Position numbers and translations under genes: made by a program. A stretch of DNA of 64,000 bases, taken from Fidelibacterota bacterium. Its GTDB lineage: Bacteria > Fidelibacterota > UBA2242. The stretch lies in assembly GCA_049975265.1 (NCBI GenBank), contig JBNGDF010000001.1:64001-128000 (forward strand). Direction: 5' to 3'. Shown one piece after another: positions 1 through 10,300 of this stretch; the first letter of the stretch is position 1; every line of letters begins with the position of its first letter. Below the pieces are notes generated by a model. The model saw only the letters and a program-made list of their open reading frames with translations. It was not told the origin of the DNA and ran no database searches.

Positions 1-1272
1 ACCGAAATATATGCCAATTGTCTTTAGCGAGAGATTCGTATATTCCCGGGCAAGATACATTGCGACCATCCGCGCCTCCGCCACCTCTTTGGTACGGGAT
101 TTCCCCACCAGTGAATCCAGATTGACCGAATATACCTCACCGACGGATTTCTGGATATCTTCGATCGACAAAATACTCCTCTTCTCAATCGTGCCGGTCT
201 CCCGCAAAACCTTCCTTGCCAACAATATATCCACATCAACCTTCATGAGTGATGAATACGCCAGCAGTCGGATTAGAAGACCCTCCAGCTCCCTGATATT
301 TGATTTGACATTTTGGGCAATGTACTCAATCACTTCAAACGGCAAGTCCAGCTTGTCATCCTGGGCTTTTTTATTCAGTATCGCAATCCTCGTCTCCAGG
401 TCCGGCGGCTGAATATCCACTGTCAAACTGGATTGAAACCGCGACAATAGGCGCTCCTGCAATCCTTTCAGCTCCAGCGGTGGTCGGTCGGTTGTCAGCA
501 CGATCTGTTTTTTATGCTGAAACAGATCATTAAAAATGTGAAAAAACTGCTCCTGGGTCTGTTCCTTATTCTGGAAAAATTGAATGTCATCCAACAGAAG
601 CATGTCCACCCCCCGGTAATAGCGCACAAAATCGGTGGTTTTGTTCTTTTGTACGGCAGCAATGAAATCCAGGGTAAAAGTATCGCTGGAAACATAGACA
701 ACCTTACAGGCGTTTCCAGTGGTCAGAGCATGGTTTCCAATCGCTTGCAGCAGGTGGGTTTTTCCCAGACCTGTTCCGCCATAAATTACCAGCGGATTAA
801 AAGATGTTTTCCCGGGAGAATTGGCTACCGCGATCGATGCTGCTTTGGCAAACTGATTGCTTTTTCCCTCCACAAAATTATCGAATACATAATTTTCATT
901 GATCCGGGTTCCGCGCTCCAGCATTCCGGTCCGAGCCTCCCGGGATTCCGTTATTTTCTCTGTAGCAGCTGCTCTGTCATTTTCACTCTCCCCCCCTTCT
1001 CCCATCTCCGCATCCGAAAGCAGAATGGTATATTTTGCATTCAGCCCGTTTCCGGTAATTTCTTTCAGTGAGCCCTGGATCAATTCTTTATAATGACTGT
1101 CCAACCAATCGAAGAAGAATTTATTGGGAACCTGAAGAAAGATGGTGTTGTCGGAAAGAGAAATTGCGCGGATCGGTTGAAACCAGGTATTAAAGGTCTG
1201 CGGCGGAACCCGCCCCCTGATTAAATCAAGACAGCGCCCCCAAATGTATTGACAGTTACCATTAGAATACAT
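1..1272 (-). CDS. dnaA: Chromosomal replication initiator DnaA (3' end outside the window)
   Basis: Not in the ORF track because its stop lies outside the window. Translation from ATG at 1272 gives MYSNGNCQYIWGRCLD...TFNTWFQPI, Walker A GGTGLGKTHL, LLLDDIQF, RLLSRF, SNIRELEG and domain IV ARMVAMYL...SLKTIG. Confidence 0.97.
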   Translation of the reverse strand, partial: MYSNGNCQYIWGRCLDLIRGRVPPQTFNTWFQPIRAISLSDNTIFLQVPNKFFFDWLDSHYKELIQGSLKEITGNGLNAKYTILLSDAEMGEGGESENDRAAATEKITESREARTGMLERGTRINENYVFDNFVEGKSNQFAKAASIAVANSPGKTSFNPLVIYGGTGLGKTHLLQAIGNHALTTGNACKVVYVSSDTFTLDFIAAVQKNKTTDFVRYYRGVDMLLLDDIQFFQNKEQTQEQFFHIFNDLFQHKKQIVLTTDRPPLELKGLQERLLSRFQSSLTVDIQPPDLETRIAILNKKAQDDKLDLPFEVIEYIAQNVKSNIRELEGLLIRLLAYSSLMKVDVDILLARKVLRETGTIEKRSILSIEDIQKSVGEVYSVNLDSLVGKSRTKEVAEARMVAMYLAREYTNLSLKTIGIYFG

Positions 1273-1296
1273 ATATATTGCGCTCAACTATCTTAG

Positions 1297-1451
1297 TTAT
1301 CAACACTGCTTTATAAATCATTAGAAAACCACAACGTTATCCGGCTAGTTATATTTGAACCGTCGACAAACGAGCAACAGGCGCTTAAAAATATTCGCAA
1401 CGAGACCTAAAATCTCTCCCCCAACAACCAGTTATCAACAACCTATCAACA
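1297..1451. promoter_or_regulatory. Cluster of DnaA-box-like 9-mers in the dnaA/rpmH divergent intergenic region
   Basis: TTATCAACA at 1297-1305 and 1432-1440, CTATCAACA at 1443-1451; 1-2 mismatches to TTATCCACA. Confidence 0.7.
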
Positions 1452-1615
1452 TGCCGTACGGCGTCCTAAATATAAAGTAACCACCCGCAGAATAAAGTCA
1501 AGTAAAAGGTCTCTGGTAAATAAAAATATTCTGTACAGGCAGTGATTGAAATCCGGTAAAATTTTTTTAAATTACATGGCTTTGCGAAAATTCAATAGAA
1601 TCTACGAAAGGTTAT

Positions 1616-1750
1616 ATGAAAAGGACATTTCAGCCAAGTAACAGAAAGCGCAAAAATAAACACGGTTTCAGGGAAAGAATGAGCAGTAATGGTGGCAAAA
1701 AGGTACTCGCCCGCCGGCGCGCCAGAGGTCGTAAAAAACTATCTGCCTAA
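1616..1750 (+). CDS. rpmH: 50S ribosomal protein L34
   Basis: Translated by hand: [44 protein letters not shown] (44 aa), below the ORF-track cutoff. Confidence 0.98.
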   Translation: MKRTFQPSNRKRKNKHGFRERMSSNGGKKVLARRRARGRKKLSA

Positions 1751-2069
1751 CATTTGTAAATCTGAACGCCTGTCCAAACATAGGGATATCATTTCCTGTC
1801 TTCGAAACCGCCAATTGATCCGAGAAAAATGTGGTCCGGTTGTCGTAAATATCACACCAAACAAACAGTGGAGACTGGCTATTTTATTTCGTAGGAAAAT
1901 CGATACCGCCGTGGCACGCAACCGAATTAAGCGCAAAATCCGCGAGATTTACCGCCTGAGCAAACCACAATTATCATCACCCAAAACCATCATTTTCACA
2001 GTTTACGGTTCACCCGACGAAAAAGATTTCTCTTGTGTCAAAAAAGCACTGCTGTCAACCCGAAGATGA
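1689..2069 (+). CDS. rnpA: Ribonuclease P protein component (start uncertain; possibly CTG 1743 or ATT 1752)
   Basis: KSERL near the N-terminus, RNR motif [13 protein letters not shown], position between rpmH and yidD. Confidence 0.88.
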   Translation: MVAKRYSPAGAPEVVKNYLPNICKSERLSKHRDIISCLRNRQLIREKCGPVVVNITPNKQWRLAILFRRKIDTAVARNRIKRKIREIYRLSKPQLSSPKTIIFTVYGSPDEKDFSCVKKALLSTRR

Positions 2070-2314
2070 AAACACCGCTTCTAAATATAGTACCGATATT
2101 TTTTCTCCGCCTATACCGTCTGGCAATATCACCACTGTTGCCCAATAGCTGTCGTTTTTATCCGAGCTGCTCGGCATACTGTCTGGAGGCGTTCCAAAAA
2201 CACCGATTTTCAAGGGCGGTAATATTATCTCTTCTGCGCATTGGAAAATGCCATCCCTTTCACCCGGGCGGTTACGATCCGGTACCATTACACAAGGAAA
2301 AATACCATGGATAG
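2066..2314 (+). CDS. yidD: Membrane protein insertion efficiency factor YidD
   Basis: YRLAISPLLPNSCRFYPSCSAY...CHPFHPGGYDPVP; ATG at 2066 overlaps the rnpA TGA (ATGA). Confidence 0.95.
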   Translation: MKTPLLNIVPIFFLRLYRLAISPLLPNSCRFYPSCSAYCLEAFQKHRFSRAVILSLLRIGKCHPFHPGGYDPVPLHKEKYHG

Positions 2315-4076
2315 AAAATCCCTGCTGGCTTTTGTGATCATATTCATCATTATTTTGGCAATGCCCGGCTACTTCAAACTGATTAACGGACCGGCGGAAC
2401 CTGCTCAGGAGGAGCAATATTCCACCGAACCGGGCGAATCCGCTGTTTCCCAAAAGGTCGCACAAGAGATTCCACCAGCCACCCAAAGTGCCGCCGAAGT
2501 GAGTCTGTACCAGGAAAAAGAGCAGCGCCTTATTACGGTGGAAACAGACCTGTATACAGCTCAAATCAGCTCCATCGGCGGCGGGACAATGAAAAATTTC
2601 CGTCTGAAGAAATATGACATTTTTACGGATTCCGACACTGTCCAGGTACAGATGATCAATAAACCCTCCGAATTTCCTTTATTGATCAAGTACATCAACA
2701 TCAATGGCGATTCTGCGGCTCTCGATCAAAATTTTACCGTTAAAACCATAAGCGGTCACTCTGCAGATCAGAACAGTCTAGTTTTGTCCGGGAACGATGA
2801 GATTTCCATTACATTTGTACTAGATAATAAGAACAATGAAACCCTTGCCACAAAAACCCTCACCTTTTACGGAAACCGGTATACCATATCACTGGAAACA
2901 GATTTGAGTCGGCTGCAGAGTGAAATGGCTACCAAACATTACGATCTGGTATGGGAAGGAGGTTTGAATTATACCGAACCCAATCTGAACGATGAATTAC
3001 GCTACGCCAAGGCGTATGCTTATAGCGGCGGTGAGACCGATGCCCTGGATGTGAAAAACAACAAACGTGACGAATCGCGCTTTACCGGTAAAACGGATTG
3101 GGCTGCCATTCGGACAAAATACTTTACGGTAGCCCTAATTACGCACGGCAACGGCATCGGCTACCGTCTCGCAGGAACAGGGATCCCCATGGATGGTAAA
3201 AACTTTTCCAAAGAGTTCTCCATGCAGGTATCTCTCCCCGTCGAAAAAACCAGCCAGACGACAGTGTATATGGGACCACTCGAATATACAGCCATAAAGT
3301 CTCTGAACGTCGACTTGGAAAACATTATGAGCCTTGGCAAGCTGCTCAAACCCATCAGCAAGGGAATATTGTGGATTTTTCTGCGATTGCATACTGTTCT
3401 ACCCAACTATGGCTGGGTTCTGATCGTCTTTGCCTTTCTTGTTAAAATCGTACTCCATCCTCTGACCAACAAGTCCATGCAGTCCATGAAGGAAATGCAA
3501 AATCTTCAACCCAGGATTGAGGAGCTTCGCCGGAAATATCAAAAGGACCCCCAGAAGCTGAATGCCGAAACGATGAAACTGTATAAAGAGCACGGTGTCA
3601 ATCCAATGGGAGGTTGCCTTCCGCTTCTTTTGCAGATGCCGATTCTGATCACCCTTTTCACCGTTTTCCGCTCCACCATAGAGTTGCGCCATGCACCGTT
3701 CATCTGGTGGATTACCGATCTCTCAGCTCCGGATACCATCTATACACTGCCCTTCGCTATCCCGATCTACGGACGCCATGTAAACGTTTTACCCATCATC
3801 ATGGCGCTTTCAACACTGATTCAGCAAAAACTCAGTGGCAGTGCCAGCTCGAATCCGCAACAGAAGATGATGGCTTATTTAATGCCCATTATGTTCTTTT
3901 TTATGTTCAACCAATTTCCCTCCGGCTTAAATCTGTACTATACACTCTTCAATTTATTAACCATCGCGCAGCAGAAATTAATTCCCGCCAAGCCGAAAAA
4001 GCGTAAACCTAAAAGCAATCGCCCGTCTACGATCGAAACACTGCGCCAGATTCAATCAAAAACGAAACACAGATAA
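2307..4076 (+). CDS. yidC: Membrane protein insertase YidC
   Basis: N-terminal TM (MDRKSLLAF), periplasmic domain, NYGWVLIV, HGVNPMGGCLPLLLQMP, WITDLSAPD, PSGLNLYY. Confidence 0.97.
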   Translation: MDRKSLLAFVIIFIIILAMPGYFKLINGPAEPAQEEQYSTEPGESAVSQKVAQEIPPATQSAAEVSLYQEKEQRLITVETDLYTAQISSIGGGTMKNFRLKKYDIFTDSDTVQVQMINKPSEFPLLIKYININGDSAALDQNFTVKTISGHSADQNSLVLSGNDEISITFVLDNKNNETLATKTLTFYGNRYTISLETDLSRLQSEMATKHYDLVWEGGLNYTEPNLNDELRYAKAYAYSGGETDALDVKNNKRDESRFTGKTDWAAIRTKYFTVALITHGNGIGYRLAGTGIPMDGKNFSKEFSMQVSLPVEKTSQTTVYMGPLEYTAIKSLNVDLENIMSLGKLLKPISKGILWIFLRLHTVLPNYGWVLIVFAFLVKIVLHPLTNKSMQSMKEMQNLQPRIEELRRKYQKDPQKLNAETMKLYKEHGVNPMGGCLPLLLQMPILITLFTVFRSTIELRHAPFIWWITDLSAPDTIYTLPFAIPIYGRHVNVLPIIMALSTLIQQKLSGSASSNPQQKMMAYLMPIMFFFMFNQFPSGLNLYYTLFNLLTIAQQKLIPAKPKKRKPKSNRPSTIETLRQIQSKTKHR

Positions 4077-4087
4077 CCCGTCACCCC

Positions 4088-5452
4088 ATGATTCGTGGAC
4101 ATTCACCTACCATCATCGCCCTGTCGACACCCCGGGGATATGGTGGCATTGCAACTGTCCGACTTTCCGGTCCCGACGCCCGACGAATCGCCGAAAAAAT
4201 CTTTCGCTCAAAGCAGCCCCTGATTCACCAAAAAGCTGTTTTGGGAAGTCTCTATGACCATAAAGGCTTTATCGATACCGCTGTTTCCACCTATTTCCAA
4301 GCACCGGACTCTTATACCGGCGAAGATCTTGTTGAAATTACCCTTCACGGAAATCCCTATCTTTGCGATCTGGTGATAGCCGCCTGTCTGGAACACGGCG
4401 CTCAACCAGCCGGACCGGGAGAATTTACCCAGAGAGCGTTTCTGAACGGTAAAATGGACCTTAGTCAGGCTGAAGGGGTCGCCGATTTGATCTATTCCAC
4501 ATCACGTTCCGCTCAAAAAATTTCTTCCGATCTTCTAAAAGGCTCCTTTGGAAAAGAGATCAGAAAACTAAAATCGAATCTGATTGACATTCTTTCCGCC
4601 GTGGAGCTTGAGATGGATTTTCAGGAGGAAGAGGTAATGGTCTTCTCACCACCTGATTTACGAAAAAAGATGTCAGCACTGATTAAGAAAATCGACGTTC
4701 TTATCAAAAGCTACGAGGTAGGCAGAATTTTGCGGGAGGGCATCTGCTGCCCGATTATCGGTCCCCCAAACAGTGGTAAATCGAGTCTTTTTAATGCATT
4801 CCTTCAGGAAGAACGGGTCATTGTTTCACCGCACCCAGGAACCACGCGGGATTTTATTGAAGAGGTTGTCCGGATCGGCAATTATCAGATTCGTTTCATA
4901 GACACAGCCGGACTGCGGGAGTCCAACAGTCGAACTGAGTCCGCCGGAATCCGGAAAACGCTCCAGTTGATCCGGGCGGGAGATATCATCCTTTATGTAG
5001 TTGACATATCCAAACCACTGAAAAAACGTCCCGATCTGCCCCCCTCGATAATAAATAAAACGTTTTTCGTCCTTAATAAGATCGATATTGCCGACTCCAA
5101 GAGAGTACAAGCATCATTAAAGATCATCGGTAATTATCCCCATATTTTATGTTCTGCCCTAAAAAAAGAGGGCGTGCCAAAAATCCCCGAAGCAATTATC
5201 GAACAGACCGAAACCAAAATCCGGAAATTTGGCGACATCCAGATTCTTTCAAAGCAGCGTCATAAAAACGCCCTTTCTCAAACAAAAAAATATTTGACAC
5301 TTGCAAAGCGAAACCTGACCAAGAAATTCGCTCCGGAAATCATCGCCATCGATCTTCGGGAGGCACTGAACGGGCTCGATACCATTTTGGGAAAAACGGA
5401 CAATGAAGATGTGTTAAACCATATTTTTAGTCATTTTTGTATTGGAAAGTAG
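4088..5452 (+). CDS. mnmE: tRNA modification GTPase MnmE
   Basis: SYTGEDLVEI, GEFTQRAFLNGKMDL, GPPNSGKSS, GTTRD, DTAG, NKID, C-terminal FCIGK. Confidence 0.97.
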   Translation: MIRGHSPTIIALSTPRGYGGIATVRLSGPDARRIAEKIFRSKQPLIHQKAVLGSLYDHKGFIDTAVSTYFQAPDSYTGEDLVEITLHGNPYLCDLVIAACLEHGAQPAGPGEFTQRAFLNGKMDLSQAEGVADLIYSTSRSAQKISSDLLKGSFGKEIRKLKSNLIDILSAVELEMDFQEEEVMVFSPPDLRKKMSALIKKIDVLIKSYEVGRILREGICCPIIGPPNSGKSSLFNAFLQEERVIVSPHPGTTRDFIEEVVRIGNYQIRFIDTAGLRESNSRTESAGIRKTLQLIRAGDIILYVVDISKPLKKRPDLPPSIINKTFFVLNKIDIADSKRVQASLKIIGNYPHILCSALKKEGVPKIPEAIIEQTETKIRKFGDIQILSKQRHKNALSQTKKYLTLAKRNLTKKFAPEIIAIDLREALNGLDTILGKTDNEDVLNHIFSHFCIGK

Positions 5453-5453
5453 A

Positions 5454-5469
5454 CGTTCCACGTGAAACA
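5454..5469. promoter_or_regulatory. parS centromere-like site
   Basis: CGTTCCACGTGAAACA matches the parS consensus TGTTTCACGTGAAACA and overlaps the mnmG GTG start. Confidence 0.85.
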
Positions 5470-7348
5470 GGGTTTTGAAAATATCATCATTGGCGGCGGT
5501 CACGCCGGCGCGGAGGCAGCCCTTGCCTCCGCCCGTATGGGCATTCCCACGCTTTTAATCACCATGGAAAAATCCGCCATCGCCAGAATGTCCTGCAACC
5601 CCGCCATCGGCGGCCTGGCGAAAGGGCATCTCGTGGCGGAGATTGATGCCCTTGGCGGTGAAATGGCAAAGGTTATTGACGAAACCGGGATTCAGTTTCG
5701 AATGCTGAATCGCTCAAAAGGGCGAGCCGTCTGGTCACCCCGCGCACAAGCCGATAAAATCCGTTATTCTAAGTCAATGATTCGTCGTCTCACCGATCAG
5801 GCGAATCTGGAAATTCTCGAAGATACCGCCACCGGGATTACCACTGAAAGCGGAAGAGTTGTTGCCGTCAACACGAAAAACCACAGCAAAATCGGCTGCA
5901 AAACAGCCATTATTACAGCCGGAACATTTCTAAACGGCTTAATTCATATCGGTCTCGACCATCAAAAAGGTGGTCGCCTGGAGGAAGACTCCGCCGAGGG
6001 TCTGACAGAGTCATTGAACGCCATGGGAATCCGGTCGGGTCGCCTGAAAACCGGGACCCCACCGCGAATCCACAGAGATTCTATCAATTTTGACCGGCTT
6101 ACACATCAATACGGCGACGAAAATCCGATCCCCTTTTCCTTTCAGACCACCGACTTTCACCCGAAAAATATCCCCTGCTATATTACCCACACCAATCCCA
6201 CAACACATGCAATCCTTCGGTCCGGTCTGGACCGCTCGCCTCTATACATCGGTCGAATAAAAGGTGTCGGTCCACGCTATTGTCCCAGTATCGAAGATAA
6301 AATCGTTCGTTTCCGGGACAGATCTTCCCATCAGGTCTTTATCGAACCGGAGTGGGAAGATTCTTATCAGTACTACGTCAACGGTTTTTCCACCAGTTTG
6401 CCGAGCGACATTCAGGAAAAGGGATTACAGTCTGTACCAGGTCTGGAAAATGCTCATATCATCAAGCTCGGCTATGCTATTGAATACGATTTTTTTCCCT
6501 CTTTTCAACTAAAACAGACTCTCGAGACAAAGGCTGTCAGCGGACTTTATCTGGCTGGACAGGTAAACGGTACTTCCGGTTATGAAGAAGCCGCCGCTCT
6601 CGGGCTGATAGCCGGCATTAACGCCGCCCTGAAAATTATGCACGAACCCTCTTTCTCCCTCTCCCGCTCTGAGGCCTATATCGGCGTCCTTATCGACGAC
6701 CTGATTACAAAAAGTCCCACAGAGCCATACCGTATGTTTACCTCCAGCGCGGAATATCGGCTGCTTCTCCGGTTTGACAATGCCGACCAGCGCCTGTCCC
6801 AGTACGGACACCAGTTTGGCCTCATCCCGGACAGACTGTATCAATCATCACAACAAAAAAAACAGCTCATCAACGAAACAATCTGCTATCTGCGGCAAAC
6901 GTCTCTCGGTCCGGCGATCCTTAACCCCATTTTGACCAGTAAAATGGAGAGTCCCGTTAAATCCGGTTTAAGCCTGTACAAACTGCTTTGTCGTCCCGGG
7001 ATTCAGATAGACGATCTTTTCCCTTTTATTCCGGAACGCCTCATTACCCATTTTCACCAGATCAAAGGGCTTTCCGAGCAGATCGAGCTGGATGTCAAAT
7101 ATCACGGCTACATCCAACGCCAGCTGAACCAGATTAAAAACCAGGTTCGTCTGGAACATGTTCACCTGCCGGCAGACCTCGACTTTCAAACAGTTCACTC
7201 CATTACAAAAGAGGCGCGCGAGAAACTCAATCGGATGCATCCGGAGACCTTAGCGCAGGCAGCCCGGATTCCGGGCGTCTCCCCGGCGGATATCACGGCA
7301 CTGCTGATCCTTCTGAAAAAACAGGGTGTTTCACGTGAAACCGGATAA
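5462..7348 (+). CDS. mnmG: tRNA uridine 5-carboxymethylaminomethyl modification enzyme MnmG (GidA)
   Basis: GGGHAG, MSCNPAIGG, RLKTGTPPR, GPRYCPSIEDK, GQVNGTSGYEEAA, EPYRMFTS. Confidence 0.98.
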   Translation: MKQGFENIIIGGGHAGAEAALASARMGIPTLLITMEKSAIARMSCNPAIGGLAKGHLVAEIDALGGEMAKVIDETGIQFRMLNRSKGRAVWSPRAQADKIRYSKSMIRRLTDQANLEILEDTATGITTESGRVVAVNTKNHSKIGCKTAIITAGTFLNGLIHIGLDHQKGGRLEEDSAEGLTESLNAMGIRSGRLKTGTPPRIHRDSINFDRLTHQYGDENPIPFSFQTTDFHPKNIPCYITHTNPTTHAILRSGLDRSPLYIGRIKGVGPRYCPSIEDKIVRFRDRSSHQVFIEPEWEDSYQYYVNGFSTSLPSDIQEKGLQSVPGLENAHIIKLGYAIEYDFFPSFQLKQTLETKAVSGLYLAGQVNGTSGYEEAAALGLIAGINAALKIMHEPSFSLSRSEAYIGVLIDDLITKSPTEPYRMFTSSAEYRLLLRFDNADQRLSQYGHQFGLIPDRLYQSSQQKKQLINETICYLRQTSLGPAILNPILTSKMESPVKSGLSLYKLLCRPGIQIDDLFPFIPERLITHFHQIKGLSEQIELDVKYHGYIQRQLNQIKNQVRLEHVHLPADLDFQTVHSITKEAREKLNRMHPETLAQAARIPGVSPADITALLILLKKQGVSRETG

Positions 7349-10300
7349 GGATTTCGAAAAGCTCTTCACGGCTTTCGCTGCCATTTCACCTCTTCCTCAG
7401 ATTATCCAAAAGATTCGACTCCCTCGTTTCCAACTGAGCATTTCAGGGCTCGATACCAACTCCCTATTGTCCCTCTTTTGTATTACCCTGATTCATCAGA
7501 GCCGTTTCTGTCCTCTGGCTGTTTTCAGCGACCCGTCAAAATCAGAGGCGTTTCTAATCGATATCGAATCGTTCCTGCCGCCAAAATCGATCGCCTTCTT
7601 TCCGGATTCCTTAACCAGTGATAATGATTACAGACGATTTCTGGTAAATGACGCCGCCCATAAAATCCTGGCTCATGAGGCGAAAATTATCATCGCCTCC
7701 ATCGGTTCCTTTGCTCTGCAGCTGCCCGGCTCAGACTCAATCCTGCAAGCCTCCCTGACCTTGCAAACCGGACTCCACTTTTCCAAACAAATGCTAATCG
7801 AAAAATTATCCTCTTTTCACTACCAACGACAGTTTTCGGTCGGTTATCCCGGCGAATTCGCCGCACGAGGCGAAATCGTCGATATCTATCCCTATGGTTC
7901 CGATCATCCCTACCGAATCGAATATTTTTCTGATACAATTGAATCAATCCGCACATTCGACAAAGAGTCTCTTCAAACCCTGAAAAGCATAAATACAATT
8001 ACCCTCTTTCCCATTATTGCAGAAATCAATGAAAATCCAGCCAGTCTCTCAGACTATCTTTCGGACAATGCTCTTCCACTGCTCTCCGACTACGACATAA
8101 ACCCTGAATCCTATGAAAATCTTCTTGAAAGCGATGGTTCTCTTTCTGCACTTTCTGCTATCTGTTTAAATAAACTCAGGAACGCGGATTTTCAGGTGGT
8201 ATTCAAACCCATTGCCAAAAATATCCGCGGCCTGGGTGCATTTAAGAAACATATTAATCACTTATTTAACAATCACTTATGTGAAAATATTTTCTTTTTC
8301 TGTTCCGATTCGGGACAAAAACAACGAATCGATGCACTATTACACGATCAGCCGATAACCGTTTTTGATCGACCGCTATCCAGCGGTTTCGAGTCGCCTG
8401 CCGACGGATTCTTTCTCTATACCGATACAGAGATATTTTCCCGGCGACAAAAAACCCGATCGTTCTCATTTCTACCGCAGGATGTTGTTCATACAAAATT
8501 CGACTCCGCCGAAATCTCCTATAATGATTTCATCGTACATCACGATTACGGGATCGGGCGATACCTGGGGCTGACCAAGGTCAACGCCTTCGGTGCGGAA
8601 CGCGAATGTCTGGTATTAGCCTACGCCGGGAATGACAAAGTCTATGTTCCTCTTGAAAAGATGGCTCTTGTACATAAATATCGCACCTCCGGCGATATTC
8701 CGCCAAAAATCTCCCGGCTCGGCTCCCCCGAATGGGACCGTATCAAATTAACGACCCGGCGTTCGATCGAATCACTCTCGGAAGAGATCATAGAACTCTA
8801 CTCCAAACGGCTACATTCTGATGGATTCCAGTATTCACCAGACAATGAACTTCAGCTTTCCATGGAAACCGAATTTCCTTACGAAGAAACCCCCGACCAG
8901 ATCACCGCTATTAATGATATTAAGAAAGATATGGAGACAACGGTTCCCATGGACCGACTGCTATGCGGCGATGTAGGCTTTGGCAAAACAGAGGTTGCAA
9001 TCCGTGCGGCATTCAAAGCCGTAAACGACTCCAAGCAGGTCGCCATTCTGACCCCCACTACAATTCTGGCAGATCAACACTACTTTACCTTCAAAAAGCG
9101 CCTCGATATGTACCCCGTGACGGTCGAACGTCTGTCCCGATTCGTGAAAGCTTCCGATCAGCGCAACATTTTAAAAAATCTCTCCTCCGGCAATATCGAT
9201 ATCCTAATCGGCACCCACCGGATTTTATCAAAGGATGTCCGCTTTGCCGACCTGGGTCTGCTTATTATCGATGAAGAACACCGCTTTGGTGTTAAGGATA
9301 AGGATAAGATCAAACGCTACCGAACCAATATTGACGTCCTTTCTCTATCGGCGACACCGATTCCGCGCTCACTCCACTTCTCACTGATCGGGGCACGTGA
9401 CTTTTCGCTAATCACAACACCTCCCAAGGAACGTTTGCCGATCTTTACCGAAATAATATCCTTTGATAAGAATATCATTAAAAACGCGGTCAACCGCGAG
9501 ATATACCGCAACGGTCAAATCTTTTTTGTACACAACGAAATAAAAACCATCGCCGCTATGGCGGATACCCTCCGACAGATGTTTCCCGATCTGAATATTC
9601 AGTACGTCCACGGTCAGATGTCCGAAGAAACTATTGAGCCGGTTATGGCGGACTTTATCAACAATAAGGTTCATATTCTTCTAACCACTGCGATTATTGA
9701 ATCGGGTATTGATATCCCCAATGCCAATACCATCTTTATCAATAGGGCTGAAAACCTGGGGCTCTCGCAACTCTACCAACTGCGTGGAAGGGTCGGTCGT
9801 CTCGATCGACAGGCATACGCCTACCTGATTGCCTCCCACCCATCAAGACTGAATCCCAACGCGATCAAACGCCTGCAATCCATCAAACGGCATACAGCGC
9901 TGGGTTCCGGCTATATGATTTCCTTGGAGGACCTGGAAATCCGGGGTTCGGGAAATATTTTCGGCGTAGAGCAGAGCGGCAACATCCACGCCATCGGCTA
10001 TGATCTGTATCTCAAAATCTTACAGGACTCTCTCGCCGAATTAAACACTGCATTACCCGAGACAGGTTCCCAAAAAACAACAGCGACCGAAAAGGACATC
10101 AACATCGTTTTCCCATTCCCTGCCTTCATTCCGGGAGAGTATGTTGCTTCAGAGTCCCTCCGTCTGTCATATTACAAACAGCTTACATCCTTCACCACCC
10201 CGGAAGAGATCGAAAACCTGCGGAATGTCATCAGTGACATTTTTGGACGACCCCCGCCGGAAATGGAAAATCTGTACAGCCTCATCACCATCAAGTTGTA

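Noticed and set aside
11..1093. Plus-strand ORFs of 133, 185 and 64 aa
   Set aside because: Antisense shadows of dnaA, which the ORF track missed because its stop lies outside the window.
2033..2306. ORF-track upstream starts for yidD (2033) and yidC (2241)
   Set aside because: Downstream ATGs at 2066 and 2307 fit family N-termini and coupling better.
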